From contig NW_024055477.1 in assembly GCF_902713615.1 (NCBI RefSeq), positions 1 through 64,000 on the forward strand: DNA of 64,000 nt, in the 5' to 3' direction. The stretch is from Scyliorhinus canicula. Taxonomy: Eukaryota. Below are positions 26,831-39,122 of this stretch, piece after piece; position 1 is the stretch's first letter; each line of letters starts with the position of its first letter. The notes under the pieces are model-generated. The model was not told where the DNA came from. It made no database searches and was given only the letters and a program-made list of their open reading frames with translations. The position numbers and the translations under genes are program-made.

Positions 26831-28560
26831 TCTCCTACTTGTGGTGGAACAGCAATGCTGAAGCTCCCTCATACCTTCACCCTGTTATCCACATTCCCAG
26901 GGACACATTTCTGGACTCTACAGTGTATCTGGTGTAGGACTCAGTTTTATGCTCAACAGCGTTGCCTCCACTCAGTTTGGGTTCTGCTGACAGCTATTTT
27001 ACAAATTGGGTTTGATCTGTGATATGAATCTGAGCTTCACTTTCGTGATCCGTTTCAGTGAGAGGGGATTAGAGTGCCTTGCCGGTTTTTCTACGGACTG
27101 AATGCATCTAGGCTCACAGAGATACGCGGCAGAGTCAGGGACAGAAGCTTAACTAAGATGTAAAGGGACTGTTTCATTGTCCTGGTCGAAATCAGCAAAA
27201 AAAAAACCGCTCTTGTTATTCTGGAGAACTAGCCCGCTACCCCTTTCCATACCTCCTCATTAAGGATCCCGGAGCTTCTGTAGAATAGTGAATGTACCAA
27301 AGAGGGAGGGATAGCTATCCGATGTATAGTAATTGCAGTTTTGTGTTACGGTCTGTCCTTCCTGAATCATCTCTGGGACATTGAATCCATCCACTAATTC
27401 TAAAACAAAGACCAACCTTTGTCAGACATCACAGTAATTGCAAACAATGGAACATAGGAAGAAACGACTCAAAAATCCACTCACCGGGCAACACGACCAT
27501 GGTTAGCGGGAAAGGACATAGGAGAAATATGGCAGGTGGTTTAGATTTCAGCTAACAAATCAGAATATTTTAAATATTCTGAATGTTATAGACTGACATT
27601 GAAGAGTGAACATAGAATTGGGCATGTTTCGCTTATTGTGAATCTGAGGGACAGCTGCCGAGGAAGAGGATTGGCTGCTCTCTCAGAAATGGGACTAACA
27701 ATGAACCAATCAGTGATGCTGGTGCCCTATTACTGCAGGAACACTCAAAGCTCTTTCTGTGCTAATCCGCTTGAGGTTGGCCTTCCATCGATGCACTTAC
27801 ACACACACCAGACGCACGTGCAAACACTTTCGTACAGACACCCAAGCAGAGGCTCACATTTACAGTTAACCAAATGTAATCGTTACCCAGTGAGGCTAAA
27901 CCTATTTCAGTATCTTTCTCTTTCTTGACCTTCTGCTCAGAGTTTTGCTTCAAATCTTTCTCTCTCTCTCTCACACACACTATCCCCCATATGCTCTCCT
28001 TCCATGTGCTTGTGATAATCCTGATTATTTTGCTGACAGTCTGGTCTCAATAAAACTCGAGAGGAATCTGTAGGTATAGTATTATTTATTTTTAATCAAC
28101 TTGCAAGGCTGACCCGCTCTATAGAGATTCAGAACACATACAGTCTCCTGAAGCTCCCAGAACCGACTGAGGACCAAGTCAAAGAGATCTCTGCACATAT
28201 TCAAACGGCATCACGTTTCACATACAAGATTCCCATAGGTCATCCTATACACCTCCTGACCTGGCCATATAGCCTGAATGGTTCACTTCGGATTCCTCAA
28301 CCATGGGCCTCTTGTTACCCAGCATCCTTTTCACCATCCTCTGCACGAGGCTCCCCTCCACCTTTCTGGCCATGCTTTGCTGAATTCCTTTGTTATTTGT
28401 CTGTGAACTCACTACCATCAGACCGGCTCTATCATCTACATTATTCTAACTAATAATCCTACTTTATATCACATTCGTTTGTTCAATTCCTATCCGATGC
28501 CACGAATGGGTCATGTGCAGCAATTTCCCCAACAGCACAATCGTTTCAGAATGGAAATGA

Positions 28561-28720
28561 GAACAGCAAACGGAGGCTGCGCCCCGAGACACCGCAGATT
28601 CTAAACTAGTCAGACTGTGCGGCTGGTATCATCTGCAGGCGGGATTGCAGGAGCGGAAATAGCGACGGTTGAATCTCTGGAGACTTGTGAGCATCCTGCA
28701 CCTGTTCACTGCTCATGTGA
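28561..28720 (+). promoter_or_regulatory. V-associated conserved module, copy A
   Basis: Contains ACCGCAG, TGTGCGG, GGAGCGGAAATAGC and CACCTG. The homology with 49770-50340 extends over 28500-29060. Confidence 0.55.
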
Positions 28721-29468
28721 GTGAGGGACTGGCATGCATCGCCCAGAAGTATCAAAAATTAGGGAACGGAATGAACATTCGGCACATGCCTATTTGAAAA
28801 TGCTGTCCCAATCGTCTTTCGCACACCACATTTTCCATATTGCTTTCCATTCTCAGATTATGAAAGTCACCTTTTGGCAGTTCTTATTGAATCTTCTTTC
28901 ATCATTTTCGCGTTGTGTTCTAGATGTTAACAAATCGGAATATTATGAATAAATACATCATTCTCTATCATATTTTTCTATCAAATCGGGATGATTTGTC
29001 ATTGGATCTGCTGCTAATGGGAACAATTACAGCAAAACGATTTGAGTCTTCCTTCTACCTCTATTCTTACAAGCAAATGAACCCAGAATTCTCTGGTCTT
29101 TGCATAAACGGCCCTCGTCCCTGTTAATATTTAAATATATAACATCTTTCTCCAACGTCCTAATACTACTCCTCATTTGTCGTGCACAGGATTTGGAAAG
29201 AAACGGGCAGCAAAGATTTCATCGATTTAGTGTCCGTTTCTGACACAAACATCAACAGTTGTAAAAACTGTTTCCTAGCAGATCTAGTTTAGATTTCTGG
29301 GAGACATTCATGTTTTTGTTTTGTGTATTTCAATGCACCCTCAATCCATTCAGTGGCTGCATTCAAATAGGAATGAAACTATTCCGGCACCAGAAGGTGC
29401 CAACTTCAAACATGGGGATGATGAAGTTCCGTGACGGCACCGTCAAAACCAATAGACGTCGTGGTCTG

Positions 29469-29478
29469 AGTGATGTCA
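29469..29478 (+). promoter_or_regulatory. TCR V promoter decamer
   Basis: AGTGATGTCA, 125 bp upstream of the V2 ATG; also present at 38990, with variant AGTGAGGTCA at ~32728. Confidence 0.65.
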
Positions 29479-29602
29479 GAGTGGGCCTGGTCCCCTGCAG
29501 TGTGTGGGTGGAACAATGAGCTGAACAGAGCCCGGGTTCCCTCTCGGCTTCTCAATCTCTGCCTCATTCCATTCCCATTCACTCAGAGAGGTTCAGTCAG
29601 AC

Positions 29603-30108
29603 ATGTTTCTGTTAATACTGGCGGCCCTGTTGGACGGTAAGTAATGGATAATGGTCGTCAAACCAGATTAGCAGTTTCTGGATTGCAATTACATTGAATA
29701 TAATTAACGATCAGAAATATCCACATAGTTGAGTTTCCACAAACTCACAGATATACAAACAAATTTAGGTGAATTATGTTTAACCTATCGATGTTTCATT
29801 TATTTCCCTTCGCAGGCGGGCGAAGTGCAGATGCAATAACTCAATCACCGGTGACAAAAACCGTGTCAGAAGGGGTTTCGGTGCGGCTGGATTGTGAATA
29901 TACAGACTCGAATATGCAGTACATGCAATGGTATCATAAGAAATCGGCACAGCCACCAATCTGGATTATTAGCAAATTATTACATCTGAAGGATGATGCA
30001 GTTTCAGGACGATATCTAGCGGCTGCTGACAAGTCTAAACAGAACGGTTACCTCAATATCAGCGATCTCAGTGTGGAGGACGGGGCGGTCTATTACTGTG
30101 CAGTGAGG
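29603..30108 (+). CDS. TRAV/TRDV: TCR alpha/delta V gene (V2); leader exon 29603-29636, V exon 29816-30108
   Basis: MFLLILAALLDG|GRSA leader, gtaagt donor, cgcag acceptor; LDCEY, WYHKK and DGAVYYCAVR. Confidence 0.92.
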
Positions 30109-30147
30109 CACAGCGTTAGATAACAGCTGGTGCCCCGTACAAAAACC
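30109..30147 (+). other. 23-RSS of V2
   Basis: cacagcg + 23 + acaaaaacc. Confidence 0.93.
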
Positions 30148-30209
30148 TCGGCGAGTAGTCACAGCTTCACTAAATCTGCTTTGCTGCTCCTGTCTGAGGG
30201 AATTGTTTG

Positions 30210-30602
30210 ATCCTGGATTCAGGAACACAGTCAGGTCTATTCATCATTCAGTTATATTGGTGTCTCTGCTCTTCTGCGGGTGAACAGATGAGCAGTTTGG
30301 GAAAATACGCGACTCATTTCCATGCAGCAATGTACATGGTAAATTAAAACTTGGAATACCGGGCTACCAGCAACGGTAATAACAGCTCTCAGATGTGGAG
30401 ATAATGTAGCTGGAAGTTAAAGATTGTTCTTCCAGAACAGTTAACTCAGATGAGCCCAAGGCCGCTGAGTCTACCCCGTTAGTTCCTGTAACAAAAGAGT
30501 GTGTCAATCTCTGCTGTTGTATTTCACATATGGAATTCAGAATAAGAACTTTAACAGACTGACGGAGCAGCACTATTATTGTTATCATGCAGGACCATGG
30601 GG
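30210..30602 (-). pseudogene. V1-family V pseudogene, tail-to-tail with V2
   Basis: ttacag|GTNGVDSAALGSSELTVLEEQ parallels V1 GTNGEDAVFQDRSELKVLEGQ; C23 is lost and there are in-frame stops. Confidence 0.7.
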
Positions 30603-30783
30603 TCTGCTTTAGGCTTCAGTATAAAATCGATTTTTCGATCGAAAACTCATCTCTTGCCTGTTGCTGGAGAGTCACTTAGATAAGGGACGTGCTTCAGAAG
30701 GGTACACCCCACGGTGAGGGCTATAAAACTGCCGGAGCTCGAATACATCCACAAGTCATGAAGGCCCTGGAACGCCACAGCCT

Positions 30784-31430
30784 TGTATTTGTATCGTCCT
30801 GAGATTTTTTGCTGCACTGTCACGGGGGCCAATATTACTGACGTTGCCTTTCACCCGAGTGTCGCTGGCAATCAGGGGATTGGCCGTCTCTGCGGAAGTG
30901 AAAAAAACGTCTGATCATCAGTACCGCGCACCTGCTGCTGCGTTGAGTTGTTTACACTACTGTAGATCCTCTTGTTCCTACAGCCACACAGCTCAACTGT
31001 GCTGTGCCTCGGTCGCTAACAATATCTGGTTGTATACAGTTATTTATCTGTATGTTAGTCACATTAAGATAATTTATACCTTTCTGCTGCAGATTCCCGC
31101 CAAACAGCCGAAACATGAACGGTGCAGGCTACCCGGATGCTGACTGTATCTGTCAGGATCTATTGTATCGACTGGCAACTGTCGTGTGACGTCACTGTCT
31201 CTTCAACCCGATTTCAGCCTCCCCGCTGTTCCGCAGGGTCCTGGTGGCTCCAGGCTGACATAAACAATCAAAACTAATCAAATAAAATTCAACACCAGCC
31301 TCATATTACCCAGCATAACGGCCAGCCCCACCGTCATCATTGTTATTCAATTAACAATAATATCAGGTTCCACAATGCGGGGAGAATGGGGTTTTTTCTG
31401 TGAGGTGAGATGTTGAGGAGAGCTGAGTGG
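30784..31430 (-). pseudogene. V4-family V pseudogene with decayed leader and RSS
   Basis: cag|..WSHQDPAEQ and FMFRLFGGNLQQK match V4 WSHQDSVEQ and YMFRIIGQTVQRN; stops and frameshifts; RSS-like gacagtg-22-acaaataca at 30784-30821. Confidence 0.7.
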
Positions 31431-31589
31431 CGGTTCCCGAGACAGTCCCCGAATTAGTTGCCCTCAGGCAATTACCTGTCAGAGCAGAAATGCCGATTCT
31501 GGTGCCACTGCACGGCTGATCAAACCAATGACAGGAATAGACCAGTGACAACAATGTTTAGAATATCACCACGCTGTCAGAGCGGGATC

Positions 31590-31730
31590 AACAAACGGAA
31601 ACTATGACCGGGGACACCGCAGACTCAAAGCTGATAAAAAAATGTGCGGCGGTCGTCAGCTGCATTCGCAAGTGAGGGAGCGGAAATAGCGAGGGGTAAC
31701 CTGCACCTGCTCATTGCTCGAGTCACTGAG
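31590..31730 (+). promoter_or_regulatory. V-associated conserved module, copy B
   Basis: CGGAA, ACCGCAG, TGTGCGG, CAGCTG, GGAGCGGAAATAGC and CACCTG. Confidence 0.55.
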
Positions 31731-31804
31731 AACAATATAGAGAGAAGACACTTCCCTCCAGCGAGAAGGAACCAGTTTGAACTGACCCTCCCTGCCCCTA
31801 TTTC

Positions 31805-32130
31805 ATAGAGTCATAGAATCCACAGTGTAGAAGCAGGCCACCCGGCCCATCGAGTTCGCACCGGTCCCCGGAAAGAGCACTCTACCCAAGCACACACCTC
31901 TATCGCATTCCCGAAACGTAACACAACCTTTGTGGGCATTTAGCATGGCCAATGCACCGAACTTGCACATCTTTGGGCTGTGGGAGGAAACCGGAGCAGC
32001 CGGAGGAAACCCACGCAGATACGGGGAGAACGTGCAGACTCCGCACAGACAGTAACCGAAGCCGGGATTATAACCTGGGACCTTAGATCTGTGAAGCAAC
32101 AGTGCTAACCACTGTGCTACCGTGCTGCCC
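31805..32130 (-). mobile_element. HE1-like SINE family B
   Basis: Full head gggcagcacggtagcacagtggttagc and CR1-type tail. Confidence 0.87.
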
Positions 32131-32845
32131 ACATAAATACACGACGCGGTCGGAAATTATCGTTTTGTTTTTGAAAAACATTTTATTAAGGCATTTATGA
32201 TTTTAGAACGACAATTACAACTGTAAACATAACTCAGTGAATACCACCCAGCCAACATGGCGAACACACACACAGTTCCCCAGTCCATCCTCCTCCACTC
32301 GCTGGACTCGCCTGAACGAAACGAAACTGAACTATCTCCCCCAGCCCCCTCTAATTCAGTAACCCTCTCTTATTGTATCTGCTAACAGTTTAATTTTAAT
32401 CATTGTGCTCCTGATTGTTAGCTCGGTAGTCTTGTCCTTTTAACATTTGACATACCCAGGATTCAGACAGAAGATTCCAGCGATGGTTTCCACAGATTTA
32501 GCTTAATTTTCTGGCATAAACATTAACAGTAACAAAGACAGTATCTAAATAGCTCCAATTTATATTGCTGGGTAGCATTTGAATCTTGGTATGTTTTGCA
32601 GCAAACCCTGAACCCACTCAACAGGAAAATTCGATTCAACAGAATTTTCCAGCAGAAGGCGCCGAATTCAAGCACGGGCGTCACAAACCACGTAATGTTT
32701 TCTCTAAACATGTATGGCTGGGAGACCAGTGAGGTCACAATAACCCCCACCCCTCCCCCGCCTCCCAAACCCCTCCCCCTTGCAATGAGCTGAGCAGAGC
32801 CCGGGCTCCCTCTCTCCACAATCTCTAAGAGAGATTCAGTCTGGC

Positions 32846-33344
32846 ATGTTTCTGATAATACTGGCGGCGCTGTGGCACGGTAAGTACTGGATAATAAACA
32901 TCAATGCAGATTAACATGTTAATATACAGCGATGGCAATATAATTATGATCGAAAATATCTATATGATGTGCAATTGGGAGGTTTCACAATCTCACTCAG
33001 ATACAAGCAAATTTACAGCAGCTCTTGATATTTAATCCTCTACCTTCACAGGCGGACTGTGCGCAGATCCAGTAACTCAGTTACCGGTGATAATAACCGC
33101 ATCGGAAGGAGATTCCGTGCAGTTGAATTGTGAATATACAGACAAGAATATGTACTTCATGCTATGGTATCAGCAGAAACCGGCACAACAACCGATATGG
33201 ATCATCACTAACAACATAGCGTTGAAGAAAGGTCAGCTTTCAGGACGATATCTGGCGGTTGCTGACAAGTCTAAACAGAATGGTTCCCTCAATATAAGCG
33301 CCCTCAGTGTGGAGGACGGGGCGGTCTATTACTGTGCAATGAGG
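32846..33344 (+). CDS. TRAV/TRDV: TCR alpha/delta V gene (V3, paralog of V2); leader exon 32846-32879, V exon 33052-33344
   Basis: MFLIILAALWHG|GLCA leader; LNCEY, WYQQKPAQQP and DGAVYYCAMR. Confidence 0.92.
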
Positions 33345-33383
33345 CACAGCGTTAGAGAGCAGCTAGAGCACCGTACAAAAACC
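33345..33383 (+). other. 23-RSS of V3
   Basis: cacagcg + 23 + acaaaaacc. Confidence 0.93.
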
Positions 33384-33444
33384 TCAGCGAGTATTTACAG
33401 CTCTACTAAGGTCCCTTCTGCGCGAAGAATTTGATTTCCGCTTT

Positions 33445-33700
33445 TCAAACGCTGTCAGGTGTATTTAGCAGGCCGTTCTTTTGGTGCTTCCACCCTTGTG
33501 CCGATAAACAATAGAGCAGTTTGGAGAATGTTGAGGCTTCTCATGCTGAGATATTTACAGTAACCTTAATCCCGGAATATCCACCAAGCAGCAGAGGGAC
33601 GATCTCAGATGTGGAGTTAGTATAACCAGAAAGTACGGACTGTTCTTCCAGAAGCCTTAACTCAGCTGAGCCCAGGGACACCGACTCCTCGGCACCCGGC
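33445..33700 (-). pseudogene. V1-family V pseudogene fragment, tail-to-tail with V3
   Basis: GAEESVSLGSAELRLLEEQSVLSGYTNSTSE aligns with the 30210-30602 pseudogene. Confidence 0.6.
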
Positions 33701-35449
33701 GAGTAATGAAATGCAGAATAGAGCAGAGGGAGGTGGTGGCAAAGTGGCATTGTCACTAAACTAGAAATCCAGAGACCCAGAGTAATTCTCTGGGGTTGAC
33801 TCATAACTGCCCCCTCAAGAGCGATTGGCGATGAACCAAAAGAACAAACAATTCCTGCGCAATTTACACATGAAATGTAGAATAGCAGAGACTCATCTAA
33901 CAACACTGCCAGCATTATCAGTCCGTGACATAGGGAGCACACGATGCCGGGTTTAGGTTTGAATAAAAATCGATCTGTCGATCGATAATGTAAATAAAAG
34001 TAAATTATTGCTTGAATCTGAAAAACTGGACAATTTGCAGGTCTGGCAGCATCTGTGGAGAGAGAACGTTTGGAATCTCGGTGGCTCTTTGTCAATACGG
34101 ATGTTGAGTTGATTGTGGGTTTACCGAAATACAGACCAAGCCACAAATGAGTCCCAGAAATCTAAATTGCAGCTATTTAGACACTGCCTTCCTTATTGTT
34201 AATGTTTATGTCTGAAAATGATGAGGGGCGTTGATTGGGTCGATAGGAACGAACTTTTCCACTTAGTAGAAGGGTGAATAACCAGGGGGAATAGATTAAC
34301 GTTAAGATGCAGGATTGAGAGGATATTTGAGGAAACCATTTTGACCCAGAGGGTGATGGGAATCTGGGGCTCAATGCGTGAAAGGATCATCGAGGCAGAA
34401 AACCTCACAACATTGAAGAAGCATTTAGATGAGCACTTCGAACGCCATAGCAGGCAAGGCTATTGACCAACTGCTGGAATATTAAATTAGAGTAGAAAGG
34501 TGTTTGATGGCCAGCGCATGCACACTGCGCAAAGGGCCTAATTTTGCGCTGTAAAGCTCTTTGGCTCTATGACTCAAAGTGGAAGGGTGGAGAGGTCCAG
34601 GGAGGAAATTCCAGAGCTTTGTGTCCAGGCAGGTGAAGGCACGGCCAGCGATGGCGGAGTGATTAAAATCGGAGATGAAGGCTGTGAGTTCCAGATTCCC
34701 ACCACCGTCTGGGTGAAAACGTTCTCCCACAAAGCCTCTCGAAATCTCCAACTCCTTACCTTTAATCTGTGCCAACTGGTTATTGACACCATTACTACGG
34801 GGGAAAGTTTCTTCCCATCTACTCTATCCATGTCTCTCATAATTATGTACACTCTGGATGAGCAATCAGTGTTCCTTTAAGACTCTCCTTCTAACCAATC
34901 TCTTTGACCAAGCTTTTGATCATATGACTGAATATGTCCATCGTTCCTGTAAAATCCCTCGGGACAGTTTATTGTGCGAAAAGTTCGACATGAATAGAAG
35001 TTGCTGTATTTATTGTAGTTCAGTGACACCTGATAGTTTACTGAGAGAGTGAGTTTGCACACCAAGATATGAACAAGAAGCAGGAGTTAAGGTATCGAAG
35101 ATCCATTCATTATTCTTACATATGTTATGCCTCATGGCGCCGAGGTCCCAGGTTTGATCCCGGCCCTGGGTCACTGACCGTGTGGAGTTTGCACATTCTC
35201 CCCATGTTTGCGTGGGTTTCGCCCCCACAACACAAAGATGTACAGGGTAGGTGGATTGACCATGCTAAATTGCCCATTAATTAGAAAAATTGATTGCGTA
35301 CTTTAATTTTTTTTAATGTTCTGAATGCGAGTTGCAATCGTAAACTTGTATAACTGTGCAGGTGGGCCTCACTACTGATGCTTTTTAGTGTTGTGCGTTG
35401 TTACAATTTGTGTCACTGTCACTATGGAAACGGAACTATCGATGAGGAC

Positions 35450-35463
35450 GCGCCCCCTGCTGA
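35450..35463 (-). promoter_or_regulatory. CTCF-binding motif 25 bp 3' of the V4 nonamer
   Basis: TCAGCAGGGGGCGC on the minus strand. Confidence 0.62.
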
Positions 35464-35488
35464 GCAGTGGGTGTAACTGCCAGTGTGG

Positions 35489-35528
35489 GGTTTTTGTACG
35501 GGTTCCAACATATCTCGGCAGCAGTGTG
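35489..35528 (-). other. RSS of V4 with 24-nt spacer
   Basis: cacactg (35522-35528) + 24 nt + acaaaaacc (35489-35497). Confidence 0.88.
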
Positions 35529-36033
35529 GGCTTCATGGCACAGAAATACACGGCGCTGTCGGAGATCATTGTGTTACTGATCGTTAGCTCGGTAGTCTTG
35601 TTCCTTTTATCAAACGTAGAAGAAAACCGATCACTGAGGTCGGTGTTCCTTTGCACAGTCTGTCCAATAATTCGAAACATGTACATTGGAGCTTTCCCGG
35701 GTTGCTGACTGTACCAGTACACAAAAGGGTTAGGATCACTTGTTTCCAAGGTGCAGGTTAATGTGACTTCACTTTCCTCTGTAACCGTTATTTCAGGTTC
35801 CTTTTGTTCCACGGAGTCTTGGTGGCTCCATTCTAACAGAAGTAACAGCGAGAATGACAATCAGAGTCAGCTTCATATTAAGCAATGAAATAATCAGCGA
35901 AATAATCTCTGCCATTTTACCAACAATAACACCTGGGTTACAACACTCAGGAAGGGAATGGAGTGTTACTGGGATGGAAATACTTACTGAGAAGTGAGAT
36001 AAAGATGAGGAGCGAAGCGAGACGGTTGCCCAT
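35529..36033 (-). CDS. TRAV/TRDV: TCR alpha/delta V gene (V4); leader exon 35988-36033, V exon 35529-35832
   Basis: MGNRLASLLIFISLL leader, gtaagt/ttag phase-1 intron; LTC, YWYSQQPGKAP and DSAVYFCAMKP. Confidence 0.92.
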
Positions 36034-36180
36034 AATACTTTGAGTTTGTAATTCTACAATGAGAGAAACCCTCTGTCAGAGACAGAAATACAGACCCCGT
36101 CACACTGCACTGCTGGTCCGACCAATGAGAGGAATGAACCAGCAACAGCAATCTCTCCAGTAACACAATTGGGTCAGAAT

Positions 36181-36345
36181 GAGAGCAGCAACCGGAAGCA
36201 GTGGGCGGGGATACCGCAGTCTGAATATTGAGTGAAGTGTGCGGTGACTCTCAGCTGCACTCGGAATTGATGGAGCGGAAATAGCGACGGTTGAATCTTC
36301 CCTACACCGTAACCATCCTGCTCATCGTGCAAGTCCATGAGAAGA
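36181..36345 (+). promoter_or_regulatory. V-associated conserved module, copy C
   Basis: CCGGAAG, ACCGCAG, TGTGCGGT, CAGCTG and GGAGCGGAAATAGC. Confidence 0.55.
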
Positions 36346-36779
36346 AATAGATCGGGAGAGAGATGAATGGACTAGAATTTAGAATGTTCTAGTCAGCGAT
36401 GAGTCCACACGATCTATATTGCCCGATACACTTTGAAATCATTATTTTATTCTTCTTTCAAAAACAGCATTTTCTACATACCCCAGTTATTCCCGTTACA
36501 TTTGTGTAGTTACTTCTTAAAGTTATTGTTGAATATTCTTCTGCCTTTATTTAGATCCGCCCTCTATAGTTTAACAAATCGCAGTGTAATAGACGGAATT
36601 GTCCTCGTCTTTATTTCTCATCAATGGTTGTATTATCTAAGGATCTGCTCGAGGAAACAGCTCCGTGTGATCTTCATTAACAATCCACTTACATTTCAGC
36701 AGCTCCGTTCAGTCTCTCCTCCACTTTCTTTGGGCCGTGTGGCGCCATCATCAGTTTCCCTGCCTCAGGCCCCTTAGTC

Positions 36780-38625
36780 GTCGAGTTTTACAGCAAAGAA
36801 CAGGCCCTTTGGCCCATTGTGTTTGCCCCGGCCATCAAGTACCGATATAGTCTAAAGCAATTTCCTCGCACTTGGTCCGTAGCCTTCTATGTTATAGCGT
36901 TCCAAGTCCTCATCTCAACGCTTCTTAAGAGTGTGTTCCAGGTTCTCACTACGCTTAAATTCCTTCCAAATTCCTACCCCTTACCTTAAATCTATGCCCC
37001 CTGGTTGTTGCCCGCTCTACTGAGGGGAAAAGTTTCTTCCTATCTGTGTTCCTCAGAATTTTGAACACCTCGATCAGTTCCTCCGCAACATTCTCTGCTT
37101 TAAGGGCAATAATCCCAGCCTCTTCAGCCTCTCTCACAACTGAAACACTCCAGTCCAGAAAGCTTCCTGATTAATCTCCTCTGCACCCTCTCTGGTGCAA
37201 TCATATTCTTCCCATAATGTGGTGACCAGATGTGCAGACAATACTCCAGCGGCGGGTTAACCAGCCTTCTATACAGCTCCATAATAACCTCCCTACTCTT
37301 ATGTTCCACGCCTCAGGGCTGGCAGGGGAGTTCTATAGCAGATCGTATGTGTGAGCACCTCACCTGGACAACAAGGGGTTGTGATGCTGGGTGCCAGTGA
37401 GTTCTGAGGAGCAAGCACAACGACTAGTGGGTGCAAGGTGTCAGCCAGCCATGTGTTGAGGGGGGGGGGGTGGACTTGAGGGGTGGAAGGCGGACCTGAT
37501 GCCAAGAGAGAGGTGGTAACTTACCCTTGCAGGTCACTGAAGGTCATTGGTCTTTTTCCTACATTGGACGACGGTCCCCCTTGTCATGCTGTCCCACTGA
37601 CAGTCGTTGTCACTGCCTCCCAGGTGGTATTGGTGCCCCTGCTGCTGGCCCTCTGACCCCCCCCCCCCCCCCCGCGGAACACGATGTCCCATCTCCTGTA
37701 TCCACAGCATCGAGAAGCTTGGCCAGGTAGGCATCGCCAAAGCGAGGTGCAGCTCTACATATTGCCATGCTTGCGTGTTGACTGCAGTGAATGGTGAGGG
37801 AGCATTTAAGAGCAGCCCTCCCCCCACCCCCCTCCTTAGATGAGGTGCGGATCCAGCGAATCTGACGACGTGGCAGCCAGTAATGGTGAGAAGCTGATGG
37901 GGGCTACTTTCCAACACCAAGTGCCCTTAAATATGGGCTGCGATCTCGCCAATGCGGCCATTGAGAAACATCCTGCCAATCGCGCCCCAAACGACACCCC
38001 CCCCCCCATTAAATCAGGCTATAGGTTGATTTATTTTATCATGGCATTGCTAAAATAACACTAATAGAACAGAAAAAAATTATATTGATATATCATGACC
38101 TTCTCGCATCTCTCATATTCCCCTCCAAGCACTTAGTCCATATGTAATGAGTTTCTTAAATATACGCTGTCTCATTAATCTCCTCTGCACCCTCTCTGGT
38201 GCAATGACATCTTTCCCATAATGTGGCGACCAGATGTGCACAAAATACGCCAGCTGCGGTCTAACCAGCGTTTTATACAGCTCCATAATAACCTCCCGAC
38301 TCTTATGTTCCATGCGTCGGCTAATAAAGACAAGCATCCCATATGTCATCTTCTCCACCTTAAGTACTTGTCCTGTTGCCTTCGGGGATCTACGGACATG
38401 AACCCCAAGGTCCTCTTGCTTCTATACTTCTTGGCGTCCTGCCGTTCATTCTGTATTTTCTTGCATTGTTAGTCCTCCCAAAATGCATCACCTCATCCTT
38501 TTCAGGGTTAAACTCCACTTGCCACTGTCCTGCCCATCTGGCCCGTCCGCTTATATCATCCTGAAATCTAAACCTTTCCTCCTCGCTATTTAGAACACCA
38601 CCCATTTTCATGTTGTCTGCGAACG
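36780..38625 (-). mobile_element. CR1 LINE 3' fragments (36780-37310 and 38110-38625) flanking an unrelated insert
   Basis: The RT segment MEHKSREVIMELY...WSPHYGK occurs twice, about 1 kb apart. Confidence 0.8.
37310..38050 (-). mobile_element. Harbinger-associated Myb/SANT-like remnant
   Basis: Shifted frames read APRFGDAYLAKLLDAV and QWDSMTRGTVVQCRKKTNDL, the Myb/SANT-like pattern. Confidence 0.55.
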
Positions 38626-39122
38626 ACGGTTGGGGTTGTCTCAGGGGACTGGAAAGCCAGAATACACTGGATTCCTATTCGAGCTCTGGGATAGGTGCGA
38701 CCGGCCGGACTCTCAGTGTTGGACCTGGGTCAGAGAAAGAAATAATGAGCAGGATCCAGATTTAAATAGTCAATTCTCATTCCTGACATTGATGTTTTGA
38801 CAAACAAATCAATAATTACAGTGTTAATGTAAGCCTACTTGTGACAATAAAGATTACTATATTATAAACCTTGGGTCCATCCAGTAACCCCCATTCGGAA
38901 CCAGATTGGACAGAATCCACCAGCAGAGGGCGCAAAGCCCAAGCATGATGATTAGAAGGTCACATGAGACCAACAACAGAGGTATCCTCAGTGATGTCAC
39001 AATGGGCCTGACCCCCTGCTGTGTGTGGGTGGAACAATGAACTGAACAGAATCCGGGCTCTCTCTCCTTCCAAAAATCTGACTCATTTCATTCCCATTCA
39101 CTGAGCGATTCAATCACTCAAA

